Assembly (NCBI RefSeq): GCF_046119375.1
Contig: NW_027362762.1
Span: 603,694,001 to 603,758,000, forward strand
DNA: 64,000 bases
Reading direction: 5' to 3'
From: Phyllobates terribilis
Lineage: Eukaryota
Made by a program: the position numbers and the translations under genes. This document shows, piece by piece, positions 1-11,803 of this stretch. The notes below the pieces were generated by a model. That model was not told where the DNA came from. It saw only the letters and a list, made by a program, of their open reading frames with translations, and made no database searches. How positions within the stretch are numbered: position 1 is the first letter of the stretch; each line of letters begins with the position of its first letter.

Positions 1-774
1 ATTTTTCATCAGAGATTTTTCAACACTTTAAAATGAAGAAAGTGCGCTTTAAAATTAGACAAAGAGTTCAAAGTTTCAGTTACAATTAGTTGCAAGAGGC
101 GACAAGTTAATCAAATGTCTGAACCACATTTTAAAACATGTAATTAAATCAAATTAAGAGCCAGAATTAAAAAAAATTACATAGAATTGTCAGTCCCAGA
201 AAATATCACGTGTTTTATTTGTATGAAGGTTTTGCTGGATTCAGTAATATCTACAGTACACCAGTCAGTATTTTACAATGGCAGGAAATATCACGGTTGC
301 AACATGTCAATAGTTTCAATCGAAAAAGTCTGTAAATTGGTACGGGTTTGAACACTAGGAATCAGTGTAACATTTTCCACCAAAATTGTTTCTGGAGCAT
401 GTGTATGGCATGTGCAAGTGCTTCTCGGTTGATTACATTGTGTTCCTGAACTATATAGGCTGGAATGTCCTTAGACTGCCCTCTATGTAGGCAGAATCCC
501 ATCTGCCATACATTTCCATGTTCCATGGTACTCCTCACAGCAAGTTCATTTTTATACTTGTCGACCCCCATTAAGAGATTATTAGAATTTCCAGAATCCA
601 TTTCCAAACACCATGTCATGCTATAGCCCGTAGGCAAAATATATGCTGTGACCTATTGTTAAAGCGACTGTGCAGTCATGACATCATAAATCATATGTAA
701 ATCAGTACCTGCTATTTATTTATTATTTTGCTTTTTAGCTCTGCTTCATTAAAAGGGCTTTAAACTTTAATTAA

Positions 775-1134
775 AGTGGTTATCAAATGCAATTATGTAC
801 CTCCCTGAGTGTAGCACTGGCTTGGTGTTTTACCTGCAGCAGTGATGACACATCCATTGGTTGCAGTATTGATGTGCAATATCTACGTGACATCTCGACT
901 ACAGTCAATCACTGAGCTCCGTGGCTTAGCTAAGTTAGATGACATGAGCTCAATGATTGGCTGTAATAGTGACCTGCGCTATCGTCATGATGACACCACT
1001 ACAGCCAAAACACAAAGACTTGAGTAAGGGCGGGAAGCCAGTGCTGGACCTGGGAGGGTAAGTGCCTGCTCTGTTTGTTATAGTAGGTATTTAAGAGAAT
1101 TTGGTGTAAACTTTCCTTAAAGTGGAAAACCCCT
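775..1134. mobile_element. TTAA-flanked MITE (T2/Kolobok-like)
   Basis: TTAA on both sides (771-774, 1135-1138); imperfect inverted ends AGTGGTTATC / GAAAACCCCT; no coding capacity. Confidence 0.5.
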
Positions 1135-3062
1135 TTAAGGCAGAGCTGTGATCAGTGACTAAAGTTTATCTACAGTGTCTACAGGGAATCTGAGGTAGTC
1201 TGATACACCCCTCCTCCTCCTTATTGGCAGAGGCTTCAGATTTGCTATGTTTAATCATAAGTTGACCACATATATTGATTATGAAGTCAATGCATGGAAA
1301 GCCGGTTTGTATTACAGGAAGGGCAAAATGATTATGAAGTACAGGCTACAAATCCACCTGTGAGAAAAAGATAATTAAGTAATTGCTACATATAAACTGC
1401 AGTAATGAGATCTGGTGGGGGGTCTGCAGGCCACTTTAGTGTAAATCAGCCTGCGTGCCTCCAAACTAGGGTCCAATTCAAACAAATCTTGTATGATTGC
1501 AAATGTAGCACATGAAGAGCGTCCAGACTGTACTGCACATGGTGAGCTTACATATCCTTCTCATCTGTGAAGTGTCATAGGAAATTATTTATAAACCCTG
1601 GCAGCTGTCAAAGCCATGTGGTTTGTGTCCTAATAGCAGCAGGTGACAGCTTTCTCCCATTGTAATAGATAGTGCTTAGCTTTACTTTTATTGATATATA
1701 CGGTTTACTGCCCCATGGTCTAACTGATTTTATTTCTTTACTACATGGTGCTTATTCAGTGGCAGTATATGATTTTACACTTAGGCAAGATTAATTTGCT
1801 ACAATTTAGCAAAGCTGCAATTTATTACAATTGGAGTGTTTACAGAGAACACATTGTCATACGCTACAAATACATTTCTCTCATGAACATTGAATAACCT
1901 AAATTTGTGAATTAATTTAAATGAAAACAGCAGAAATTAAAGGGTTTGTCTCATGATCATTCTTTAGGTGCCTCTCATCATCCGACTTGATGTGGGTGGA
2001 GCTCTACTGCTTGATTGACACTTCAGATTTGCGGTACTGTTGTGCAGCTGGCCAATACTGTGCGTTCTCCGATGCTGCAATCAGATAGAGCTTTGCCTTT
2101 GCAGCGTCGAAGGAGTGCAGTGAAGTGCTAACAGTGTGCTCCAGCAGTGAAGACAGCTTTAGAGTAAGTAAATTATAAAGTTGCTTGTTTTACAAGTACT
2201 TCGCAATTTTTCCCATTTTAAAAGGAATGCATCAACAAAAAATTACTTACTGTTTAAATTCAGTTTTCTGTACTTAATACATTGTTTTGACTTTTTTTGA
2301 TTTTTTTTTTCATATCATGAACTGTATTAAATTTTTTTTTAGAAATCTTGTAATTTCCACACTGGCCTCTGGGTCTATTCTAGACTCCTACTTCCACAAG
2401 AAGAATTGATTTTTTAATGTAGGTCATAATCTAATGATAAATTCCCTTTAAAATGTGAATAATATGTTAATTTGATTAATTCATCACATTCCCAATGAAA
2501 TAAAGTATGCTGCATTGTGCTATTCCTCTGTTATGCCTCATTCAGACATCAATTATTTTTCCTGGTACACAAAAAAATATTTTTTCTTTTCATGGTCCCA
2601 TAGACTATCATAGAAAAGTCTGATCCGTGACGTGGATCAAAAACAGACATGACGTTGTGATTTTTTGTGGACATACGGTTTGTAAAAACACAGACGTGAA
2701 CAGCTCCATATATTATAATGGGTAATTGCTATATCCATGAAAAACACAGATAAAACATGTAACAGAAAAGTGGATATCTGAGTGAGGAGTTAATTTCCTG
2801 GAAATGTATAAACTAATAACTGGACATTACTATTCTTCTTGTCAATGGCTCTTGTCCTTTCAAACTATGACACTGACCAGTTTGCTAACATTGTGATGGT
2901 ACATAAAGTCTCTTGCCTATTGTAGGTCTATGAACATTTTTGATTGGTGCTTCATGTAGCTCCATATGATAGATGTAATGCTTCTACTGAAAAGTACAGC
3001 ATCCCATGGTCCAGTGCATTTTTCTGTGGTTTAAACATGAATCTAAGAAAAGAATCCATTGG

Positions 3063-3271
3063 TGTATCCCAGTATGGAATCGGAGGCACATCTAGTTACA
3101 GTAGGGCCCCAAAGACTTCTATAGTTGCTTTAGTATATCCCTGTATGAATGCGGAGGCACATCCAGTTACAGTAGGGCCCCAAAGACTTCTATAGTTGCT
3201 TTAGTATATCCCTGTATGAATTCGGAGGCACATCTAGTTACAGTAGGACCCGAAAGACTTCTATAGTTGCT
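3063..3271. repeat. 71-bp tandem repeat, ~2.9 copies
   Basis: CGGAGGCACATCYAGTTACAGTAGG recurs at 3081, 3152 and 3223. Confidence 0.9.
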
Positions 3272-3788
3272 AATCTAATTGATTAAAAAAGCCGGTAAAG
3301 CCACCGATTAGTTTTAGTCCTCAAGCAGATCAATAACACAATCAGTGTGACTTGTCTTGGTTACCCCACGGGACTCATTGATCAAAACTGTCTGCTTAAA
3401 AAACTCATCTTGTTTATCGTAGAAACCAGAAACCACATTAGTGGTAATGTGTTACATTGCTGTGCAACAAAAGAAAGCTGCCCTGTGGCTGGGTGATAAG
3501 GGCAATAAGGCCAGTTCTTTTAGACAGTTTTGTTAAATTAGGACCAAACACATTTACAATCAGATATCAAAGTCATAATCGTTACAGTTAATGAAGATTT
3601 ACTGGTAAAACCGCATGTGAATACAGTCATGCATTATGGACCTGTACTCTATAACATAAAAACATAATATAGTTTGCTTAAACTTCTGCTAGTGAAGACT
3701 GACTTCAGTCAAATCGATCTCCCATTTACACATCCCGAACTTAGAGTGACACTGACTATGATATTGACTATTCCCTTTTGGTAAGAGA

Positions 3789-5459
3789 ATCCAAATAGCG
3801 GAGGGTGGTATACACCCAAACCATCTCAAACCCACTAATTTTACAGAAAAAGCAGCAAGGGTATCTTAAAACATTAACTTTTAATCTATTAATTTAGAAA
3901 ATACACAACACTTGATAAAGGTAATAAGACCTGTGAGGTTAGTAGAGCAATGCATCAGTATCCAAAAGACACAAGGGGATATTGTACTGTTGCATACAAA
4001 CAGGACCGTTATAAGACTCCACACAGAAAAAGATAAATGATAAATATTGTGGAGTTATAGACCCATCCAAGAATAATCAACTAATGTGGACAAGAAAATG
4101 GAACAAGACCAAAAAATCAATGCCCTCAAATATTAATATGCATCACAACTGTAGAAACAAGCAGCATGTGTATGTAGTGGGGTAGATGATAGCTGTTAAT
4201 ATAGCACTATGGCATAGAACCCTGTTTCATCATGTAACTATGTCCCCTGAGGAATCTTGAGGAAGAAGAAATGTGTCAGGATGCATGAGAGGCATTTACA
4301 GGGCAAGTGCAGGGCCTGATCATTGCAGTGGTAGCTGTGGACTGCCCTTGTCAGAGTGGGAGCAAAGGAGTATCAGGGCAGTCCAGCACCCCGTTTAGGG
4401 TTGAATAGGGGCAGAACCAGATGCCATTTTCAATATGCTGCCGGGACTCTCCTTCCTGATATCTGCTCCCTTCCATCAGGAAACTCCTCGACAACATACC
4501 ACTTGCAACTCAACAATGGGTGAGGACGTTCCATTCTATATATGTTTTATTATGTCTAATTCACCATTGGGATGATTATGGTAATATTGTGACAAGTACT
4601 TACAGTCCAGTACACAGAATATATGTCCTATAATTGATATGCATATAGTTGATGTATATTGTGCATTGTTTATCTAACAACACAATGCACGCTTATTTCT
4701 ACAGTTGTGATGCATATTTTGAGGGCATTGACTTTTTTGGTCTTGTTCCATTTTCTTGTCCACATTAGTTGATTATTTTTGGATGCGTCTAACTCCATTG
4801 GAACTCCATTGTGACGCTAGTCACTAACTCATGGAGCGACCATGAGGCAGATAGTCAAACGTTCCGAGGTCAATACCAAGAGAGCCCGTAGATACCAAGA
4901 GATAAGACAGATGCGTAAGTCAGGTCACAGTCCAGGGTCAGGCAGAAGATCAGAACACAGAACAACAGAATGAGGCAAACACTCACCAGGAAGCAAAAAC
5001 TACGTCTGGCAGGGAACAGGGGCAGTCAGCTCAGTTACATAGCTTGGGCAGAACATGGAACACCTGGAGACTGCCCTGCAAATCTCAGTCAAAGATTGGA
5101 CAGCCGAGCTGTCAATCAAAGCACCGAGAGCCCGACTTGCCACACAGAGGATTGGACAGCTAAGCAGTCCATGAAAACAGAGCAAGAACCAGTTCAATAG
5201 GACAGCATAGCAATCCCACACAGAATGCAGGAATCGTGACATCCACAATATTTATCATTTATCTTTTTCTGTGTGGATTCTTATACCAGTCCCGATTGTA
5301 TGCAACAGTACAATATCCCCTTCTGGCATGATACACGTCTTTTGGATACTGTTGCATTGCTCTACTGACCTCACAGGTCTTATTGCTTTTATCAAGTGTT
5401 GTGTATTTTCTAAATTAATAGATTAAAAGATATGTTTTAAGATACCCTTGCTGCTTTTT
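3789..5459 (+). mobile_element. Penelope-like/retrozyme-like insertion with inverted arms and a decayed hammerhead motif
   Basis: 14-bp direct repeat CTTTTGGTAAGAGA at 3775-3788 and 5460-5473 (TSD); ~3845-4060 is the reverse complement of ~5243-5459; CTGAGGA...GAAATGTGTC at ~4247-4277. Confidence 0.6.
4810..5241. mobile_element. Solo LTR nested in the 3789-5459 element
   Basis: Termini TGTGACG...CGTGACA; flanks TCCAT/TCCAC (near-TSD). Confidence 0.6.
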
Positions 5460-6511
5460 CTTTTGGTAAGAGAGACCATTATATATTGTACACGTTCTCA
5501 TTTTCCAAAATACATTATGAAGCAGAATTCACCTTACAGGGAGGTTGTCATCCCCTAAACTCAATATAAACTACTTATACCATCCTATAGGAAACTTAGC
5601 CCCTACAAAACTCATACCTGCAGTATATATTTTCCTACTTTAGCTGAGCATAAAAATGTTTTATTTAATCTGCAAATAAGGGCTCCTCAGTGCACCCTTG
5701 CATGGTCAAGGGCTCAGTACACCATTCTGCCCCATAATCAGCATGTCGCGCATTTCCTCTTAGTGTGATTGACACCGACTCTGGGCAAGCGAGCACTGCC
5801 TGGTTTGAATCCCCAACTTTGCATTTGTGCACTGACCCTGCTGGAGCCAAACTGGCGCAGAAACAGTGTCAGTGTCAGGCCATACTTCTTCTGAGCAGGC
5901 AAGTGCTGTCAATCAAGCTAAGAGGAGGTGCACAGCATGATGATTGAGCTATCAGAACAGTGCACTGACGCCACCACAAGAGTGCAATGAGAAGCCCTCA
6001 TTTACATATTGAATAAAACTTTTTCTGTTTAACTAAATAAGGGAAATCTATACTGCTGGTATAAGTTTTATAGGGACTTAAACCTCTATAAGACTATATA
6101 AATAGTTTAAAATCATATTGGGGTGCCTACCTTTAATGTACCAGATCATATATACTTTCTATCTCTGTTCATTGCGATGATCATATCAAACAATAAATTA
6201 TGAAGCATTGCACAAATCTCGGGTAAGACAGTATCCATTATCATCCAAACAATGGACAAAATTTATATTTAACCAAAATGGAAGTGCCACTTAAAGGAAG
6301 AAAGAGTTAGTGTCATACGCCATCTGGAGTAGTTATGGCTCAGCGTTATGAAATTGATGGAAACTAACAAGCCACCCTGCAGCTTCTACTCTTGATGTTC
6401 ATTAATCCTTGGGTGTAGCCAGCTAGTAGGTAGTATATACTTGACTAAGGTCTGGAAAGTGGGAACGCAAATAATAAAAGTAATGGCAATAGTTTTCCTA
6501 AAAATGACTAA

Positions 6512-6907
6512 AGGGTTGTTCTAAAAAACAAAAACAAATTATCCCTATGCACAGGATGGGGTATAACTTACTGATCGCTGGATCAGCAATCCCGAGATTG
6601 TCATCCTGGACCCCCAAAAATGGGGCTCCATAGTTCTATTTTGAAGGGAACAGAGGTGCGCATGCTTGACCTCCACTCCACTCATTGTCGGTGGAACAGT
6701 CAGAAATACCCGAGTGCTGTACTGGGCTTTCTCTGGCAGTTCCATTAACAATGAATGGAGTGGAGGCTGAGCATGCGCACTGCAACGCCATTCAGGAAAG
6801 GGCTGAAGAGCTACTTCTTGCGTTCTAGAGTCCACATCTCAGGACCCCTAGTGATCAGAAAGTTATCCTTTATTCCATAGAGAGGGGATATTTCTTTTTA
6901 TAACCCT
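6512..6907. mobile_element. T2/Kolobok-like MITE
   Basis: Inverted ends AGGGTT...AACCCT flanked by CTAA/TTAA. Confidence 0.45.
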
Positions 6908-7816
6908 TTAAAGATTTTAAAGCACCATATTAGTTATTCACATATTCAATAAACAGCTCCATCAAAATCTTAACAGTAAAGGATTTATGACCATTCCCAA
7001 TATGTTGATGTTATTGACATGGTATCATGTGCAATGTTGTTATCCAATTTCAACTGTTCCTTGAATTTATTTATTGTACATCAACATCTGTTTTACTGGA
7101 TTTGCATAAATAATCCCGTTCATAAGAAAAATGTAATTTATCACCAATACCCCAGTCAAGGAACGTGTTTGTCGAAAACAACATACTGGTGTATGGTCTT
7201 ACAGTGGAGAATAAAGACTTTTCCTTAACTACATGAAGCATATTTAATAGTTACATATTACAAAATGAATTGCCCCCTTTTCCACAAGTTACCCTGTTTC
7301 ACCGAACCATCACTCAGTGTGCTCTATCATTCCTCAAAGTGTTCCAGAAACTTGCTAGTAATGCTCAACGCAATACTGAGAGCCATTATCCCATTTTGTT
7401 TTATGGTTAAAATAGTTTTCACCAAATGCAGAACACAGATCAGAAAGAAACAATCAGGACTACCAACAGGATCTGTATATATAAATATACATATAAACAT
7501 ATATATTCAGCTGAGGATACTTCTCACATACTCATTTCTAAGCTGTAAGAAAGTCGAACACGTTTCTATAGCCAAAAAATTCCTCAAATCTCTATAATGA
7601 TATTGACATATAAGTCAAAACAGGTTCACATAGATTTCATTGGTGACCGGCTGTGTCTCTAAATTTCTCTTCCTCTGTATCACTGTCCTCGCATAATGGC
7701 TGCTATGCTGTAGTATTAAATGGCTGGCTTACTTGTCCAAATCTTCTCAGATTCCTGTATTTCAGGCCAGCTTCTTGCAAGTAAAAATGCCCTTGATACT
7801 AGAAGGTCTGATATGC

Positions 7817-7893
7817 CTACGATGTGTCCTTTAGCTCAGGGCTGTCCACAGTGTCCTCGGGTAACTCATTGGAGGGAGACTGTAAGTCCGGAC
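7817..7893 (-). CDS. PKIB: PKIB last coding exon (G-PDLQSPSNELPEDTVDSPELKDTS*)
   Basis: Pyrimidine-rich acceptor cttttctctactttgAG before 7893. Phase 1 matches the upstream exon's donor and gives a 25-aa acidic tail and TAG (7817-7819), 73 aa in total, the size and exon layout typical of PKI genes. Not in the ORF track; inferred by manual splicing. Confidence 0.75.
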
Positions 7894-7918
7894 CTCAAAG
7901 TAGAGAAAAGTGTCATTA

Positions 7919-8352
7919 TATAATAATAATAATTTTTATTTATATAGCGCCAACATATTCCACAGCACTTTACAATTAGGTAGGGACATATACAGACAAT
8001 ATAAACAATACAATGTATCATATTTCAACAGTTACAGGATGATTGAGGGCCCTGCTCGCAAGCTGACAATCTACATGGAAATGGGGGGGACACAATAGGT
8101 AGAACATGGTCATCAGCCAGTATCCGTCTAAGGGAAGTTACCGTGCGGTATTCGGTGCATGGTGGATGTGGAGACAGATGAAGAGGCAGGAGCAGATTAA
8201 GATTAACTTTTCGGAGGGAACAGGGAAGAGTTAGGTTGGTGGGTTGAGGTGGTAGGAATGTCTAAACAGATGTGTTTTTAAAGCACGTTTGAAGACATGG
8301 GGGCTAAATATCAGTCGGATCATTCCAGAAAACTGGCGTGGCACGAGAGTCA
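7919..8352 (-). mobile_element. L2 LINE 3' fragment
   Basis: Minus strand ends ...GTGCTGTGGAATATGTTGGCGCTATATAAATAAAAA(TTA)n, the typical amphibian/fish L2 3' tail. Confidence 0.75.
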
Positions 8353-9912
8353 GATATATAACTGAAATGACATTGATATCACATCCTTCTAAACATTCTT
8401 TTCAGTTTTCTGACTTGGTGATAGGTTTCCATTTCATAATGAACACCTGCCAAGTTCTGCCGGGATGAATTACGAAACGAGGGGATAGGAGTGAGCTCTG
8501 GCTGTGAAAATGTATGTCTGCCAAATGTTCACACCTTTAGACAGGTTGAAAACACTAGCAAGTGCAATAGAAGGTGGAAGCAGGGGGCATGTCAGCCTTT
8601 TGTGACTCCGTTTCAATATACTAATTTACCATTTCTGAAGAAAGAAAGTTAAAAGGTGGAATTATACCAATTATTATGAAGGGTAAGAAGGTAGAACTGT
8701 GTAAGTAATGAAAAAGAACAACTCAGTGAATAATTTAATCTTGGTTAACTAGCATGGTTTCATGAAAACAAGTTGTGCCTAACCAACATGCTTGGTTCTA
8801 TGAGGAGTTAAAGGAGCTATCTAATCATCATTTTTCGGGGGCAGTTCACTCCTGAAGATTGACAGTTCTGATCAGTGGCATGGTAGCGCCATTAGTCTGA
8901 ACTGTGAGCTCTCCCATGCTGCAAGAAGAGGCAGCTTTGCCTCTGCACCATTGGAGGAGTACAGAATGGAGAGGATTTATAATAAGAGGTAAATTTCAAA
9001 GTTGCTTATTTTTACAAACAATTTGAGATTTTCCTTTTATTTAACATTTAAATAGTTGAGAAAGCCCTTTTAAAAAATTATCTGTAACTAGGTCAACAGT
9101 AGCCCATTTTTGCTCTTATTTTATTCCCGCTGATCCCCCTAAGTATTCTGTATTTTTTAAATCTGGTTCTAGAAATATAGACCTTTTTATGGTCTTTACC
9201 AAGGGGGCATTGTTCACAAGATGCTATGGGGGTGTCTCTTTAGGCTGCTCTGCATTATTATTCTGTGAACAACGACGCATAGGTGAACACTAGAACACAG
9301 CACTAAATTAAGAACCGTATAGATTTAAAAATAAGGAAAAAATTGAATACTCAGGGGGAGCAGCAGAAATTAAATATGAGCAAAACTGGCCACTTTTGAT
9401 GTTTTGACAGGTCCTCTTGAAAGGGGATTTCCACCCTTTTCTTTTAATTCACATGTGTGTTAAGTAATACATACTCACAGATGCTTGACACTCATCCTCC
9501 CTGCTGGCCAAGTCCCTTTATTCTCTCTGCTCTACTTAAAGAGAAGCAGAGGAGGCTGGTGGACGATCCGAATAGCAGGACAGAAGAGTAGAGATCAATA
9601 GGGGAGTATGTGTCAATTAATTTTTTTGCAGACACACATGGGTCATATACAGTCAAGGCCGAAAATGTTGGCACCCTTACATTTTTTCCAGAAAATGAAG
9701 TATTTCTCCCAGAAAATTACTGCAATTACACATGTTTTGTTATGCACATGTTTATTTCCTTTGTGTGTATTGGAACAACACAAAAAAACTGAAAAAAAAA
9801 GATAATGTGTTATTGTGTGTTATAATAATTGTAATAAATTTCTTGCTTATTTTAATAATCATTATTATATAGACTTTTAGAAGGCATATATATATATATA
9901 TACTGTATATAT

Positions 9913-10269
9913 TGTAAGGTAGCGCTAATTATTATCCTGTGGGATACTCGCTCCGTTGCGTCAATTTAAAACACACCAGCCATATTTTTCGGTATTTCTC
10001 AACTCAGCAGTTTATTAACTCCATAAACTGCTGATCACTCAGTCCATCTTAGTGGCTCACCGACACACTGATAAAGTCCACGAGCCCAAGTGGCAGACTG
10101 GCCCACTTGGCTCCAAATACAGCCTTCAGCTAGGTAATACTATAGCAATATCCAGATCATAAAGTGTATTACCTTTGCTGGCTTACGGCTGCTTCAGTCC
10201 ATTTGGTTCCGCCCGATAGGGGTTTCTAGCCTTCTGGCCCTCCAAGGCTTACTGGCATCTAGTTACACT
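9913..10269 (-). repeat. 3' LTR, truncated (lacks the U3 side)
   Basis: 357-bp copy of 13648-14004; ends ...CCTTACA on the minus strand. Confidence 0.9.
10011..10016 (-). terminator. Poly(A) signal AATAAA in the 3' LTR (second copy at 13746-13751)
   Basis: AATAAA on the minus strand ~100 nt before the LTR end in both LTR copies. Confidence 0.6.
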
Positions 10270-10378
10270 GCTGCTGAGCCCCTGGAACATTAGTCAACGA
10301 CATTAGCCCATCCCTTAGGGACCTACCATCTGTCATTGTCACTGACTTCCTCAGATAATATTTCCGGGTCGTAAACTT

Positions 10379-10484
10379 GTCAGGCCTCGCCCGCTCCCAG
10401 CGGTCAGTCGAAACCCTGTCAGGTCTCCCCCGCTCCCAGCGGTCAGTCGAAACCCTGTCAGGTCTCCCCCGCTCCCAGCGGTCA
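10379..10484. repeat. 39-bp tandem repeat, ~2.7 copies, in the element's 3' UTR
   Basis: GTCAGGTCTCCCCCGCTCCCAGCGGTCAGTCGAAACCCT at 10379, 10418 and 10457. Confidence 0.9.
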
Positions 10485-10558
10485 ATACGGCAGTGCGACT
10501 CACATGTCCTTGTACCTAAGGTCCGGTTCGACTCCATATTGTCCAGTCCTCTATTGTG

Positions 10559-11797
10559 TCATTTGTATGGGCCACCCAAACCTGAGTTACTGGAGGTCTC
10601 ACTACCTCTAAACCCACGCCCACTACTCTCAGGACATCTTGAAGGGTCCCTAACTTCAGGTGTTCTGTTATCTAGGGGCCCCCTTCTCTGTCGGGTCCCA
10701 CCATTTCCAGATGGCTGCCATCCTCTACTGCTCAGATGATGCTGTCCATCTACTCGCAGCCTAGCGAGATTCAATTGTTCAACCTCTCGCACGTAGGTCA
10801 CTCGGTACTCCACCAGCATGCTCATATATGCAAGACTTTCTTCCGTTCCTATAGCGTAGAATGACACCATGCCGTCTTCATCCGGCATCCAGTCCCGACG
10901 ATCATGTGGACTGCTTACTTTTACCACACCAGACTTCTTCACCATCATCTGCATGGCTCGGCTATTTCTCCCAATGAGCTCTCTCACCAGAACACGAGGC
11001 ACCCGGATGACCTTTTCTCGCAGACTGTGAGCCTTTCTCATCAGCTCCAGTTGTCTAGCGGCTTGCTCCGTCTTCAACCGGAGAAACCGCTTCGTGCGAA
11101 TACATCGCCAATGTATGTCACTCAGGATTGCCACCCTCTTCACTGTGACTTCGGTCGTGGACAGGACCACCAGCTGTTTAGCTTCTGAGGTCGAGTACAC
11201 CTTACAGACTCCCACTGCCTTCTTAAACTGGTCATGCACGGACTCACTGGTGCATTCTTCCGTTAAATCCTCAGGTACATCTATGAGGCATTTGTACCGA
11301 GCTGTTTCGGTCTCACCAGTGGTCTCCAAACGATCATTTGTTGACACTCTCTTAACTCTCCTCAGGTCCATCTTCTCCTGGTCTAAGGGAGTGAGTGTCC
11401 CTTGTTTGCCTTTTCCCTTCTCCCAGGAGGCCTCGTTCACTGAGTGACACTCTATCAGGCGACCTTTGAGCCCGGAACCTTCTTCCTCTAGTTCCGCCAC
11501 TCTCCTCTCAGCGGCCCGTCTCTGAAGCTCTTCCTGCTTCAACTGCTCCTTCAACAGTAGAGTTCCCTCAGACCTCTCTGTCTCCAATGCGCCCACTCGG
11601 CTCTCTACAGCCAGTCTCTCAAGCTTCTCTTGCTTCCACTGGGCTTGTAGCAACTCCTTGAGCTCCTTGATCTCGGCTCCGACATCCACCGAATCCTCCG
11701 AGCCCACATCACTCGAGGAGGTATCTGCTTCATACCTCCCATCACCAGCGGTCAACTCCTGGCCCTGGTCTGTGGCTTTTCCGATGGACTCCTCCAT
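10559..11797 (-). CDS. FXR1: 412-aa ORF: coiled coil plus FXR1-derived KH0, KH2 and NES region (intronless, element-borne; not the orthologous FXR1 gene)
   Basis: aa168-236 YKCLIDVPEDL...FKKAVG...TVKRVAILSDIHWRCIRTK aligns to FXR1 FKCTVDVPEDL...FKKAVG...TVKRVNILSDMHLRSIRTK (about 40/69 identical against the recalled human sequence). aa264-352 IRVPRVLVRELIGRN...KSGVV...EDGMV...EY...EVEQL..ARL aligns to KH2 plus the NES. Confidence 0.9.
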   Translation of the reverse strand: MEESIGKATDQGQELTAGDGRYEADTSSSDVGSEDSVDVGAEIKELKELLQAQWKQEKLERLAVESRVGALETERSEGTLLLKEQLKQEELQRRAAERRVAELEEEGSGLKGRLIECHSVNEASWEKGKGKQGTLTPLDQEKMDLRRVKRVSTNDRLETTGETETARYKCLIDVPEDLTEECTSESVHDQFKKAVGVCKVYSTSEAKQLVVLSTTEVTVKRVAILSDIHWRCIRTKRFLRLKTEQAARQLELMRKAHSLREKVIRVPRVLVRELIGRNSRAMQMMVKKSGVVKVSSPHDRRDWMPDEDGMVSFYAIGTEESLAYMSMLVEYRVTYVREVEQLNLARLRVDGQHHLSSRGWQPSGNGGTRQRRGPLDNRTPEVRDPSRCPESSGRGFRGSETSSNSGLGGPYK

Positions 11798-11803
11798 CTT
11801 CTC

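Noticed and set aside
362-637. 91-aa minus-strand ORF; possible neighbouring gene such as FABP7 downstream of PKIB
   Set aside because: No recognisable family motif or splice structure, and no FABP-like exon seen in 1-7800.
3689-3720. Possible second hammerhead (CTAGTGA-AGACTGACTTCAGTC-AAAT)
   Set aside because: The stem-II palindrome is present but both catalytic boxes are mutated; too degenerate to call.
9492-9560. Alternative PKIB last exon at an AG near 9535
   Set aside because: In phase 1 it gives only 4-5 residues before a stop; the 7817-7893 exon fits PKI length and composition better.
10559-11797. The bona fide FXR1/FMR1/FXR2 gene
   Set aside because: Intronless, lacks the Agenet, KH1 and RGG regions, fused to an unrelated coiled coil and bounded by LTRs.
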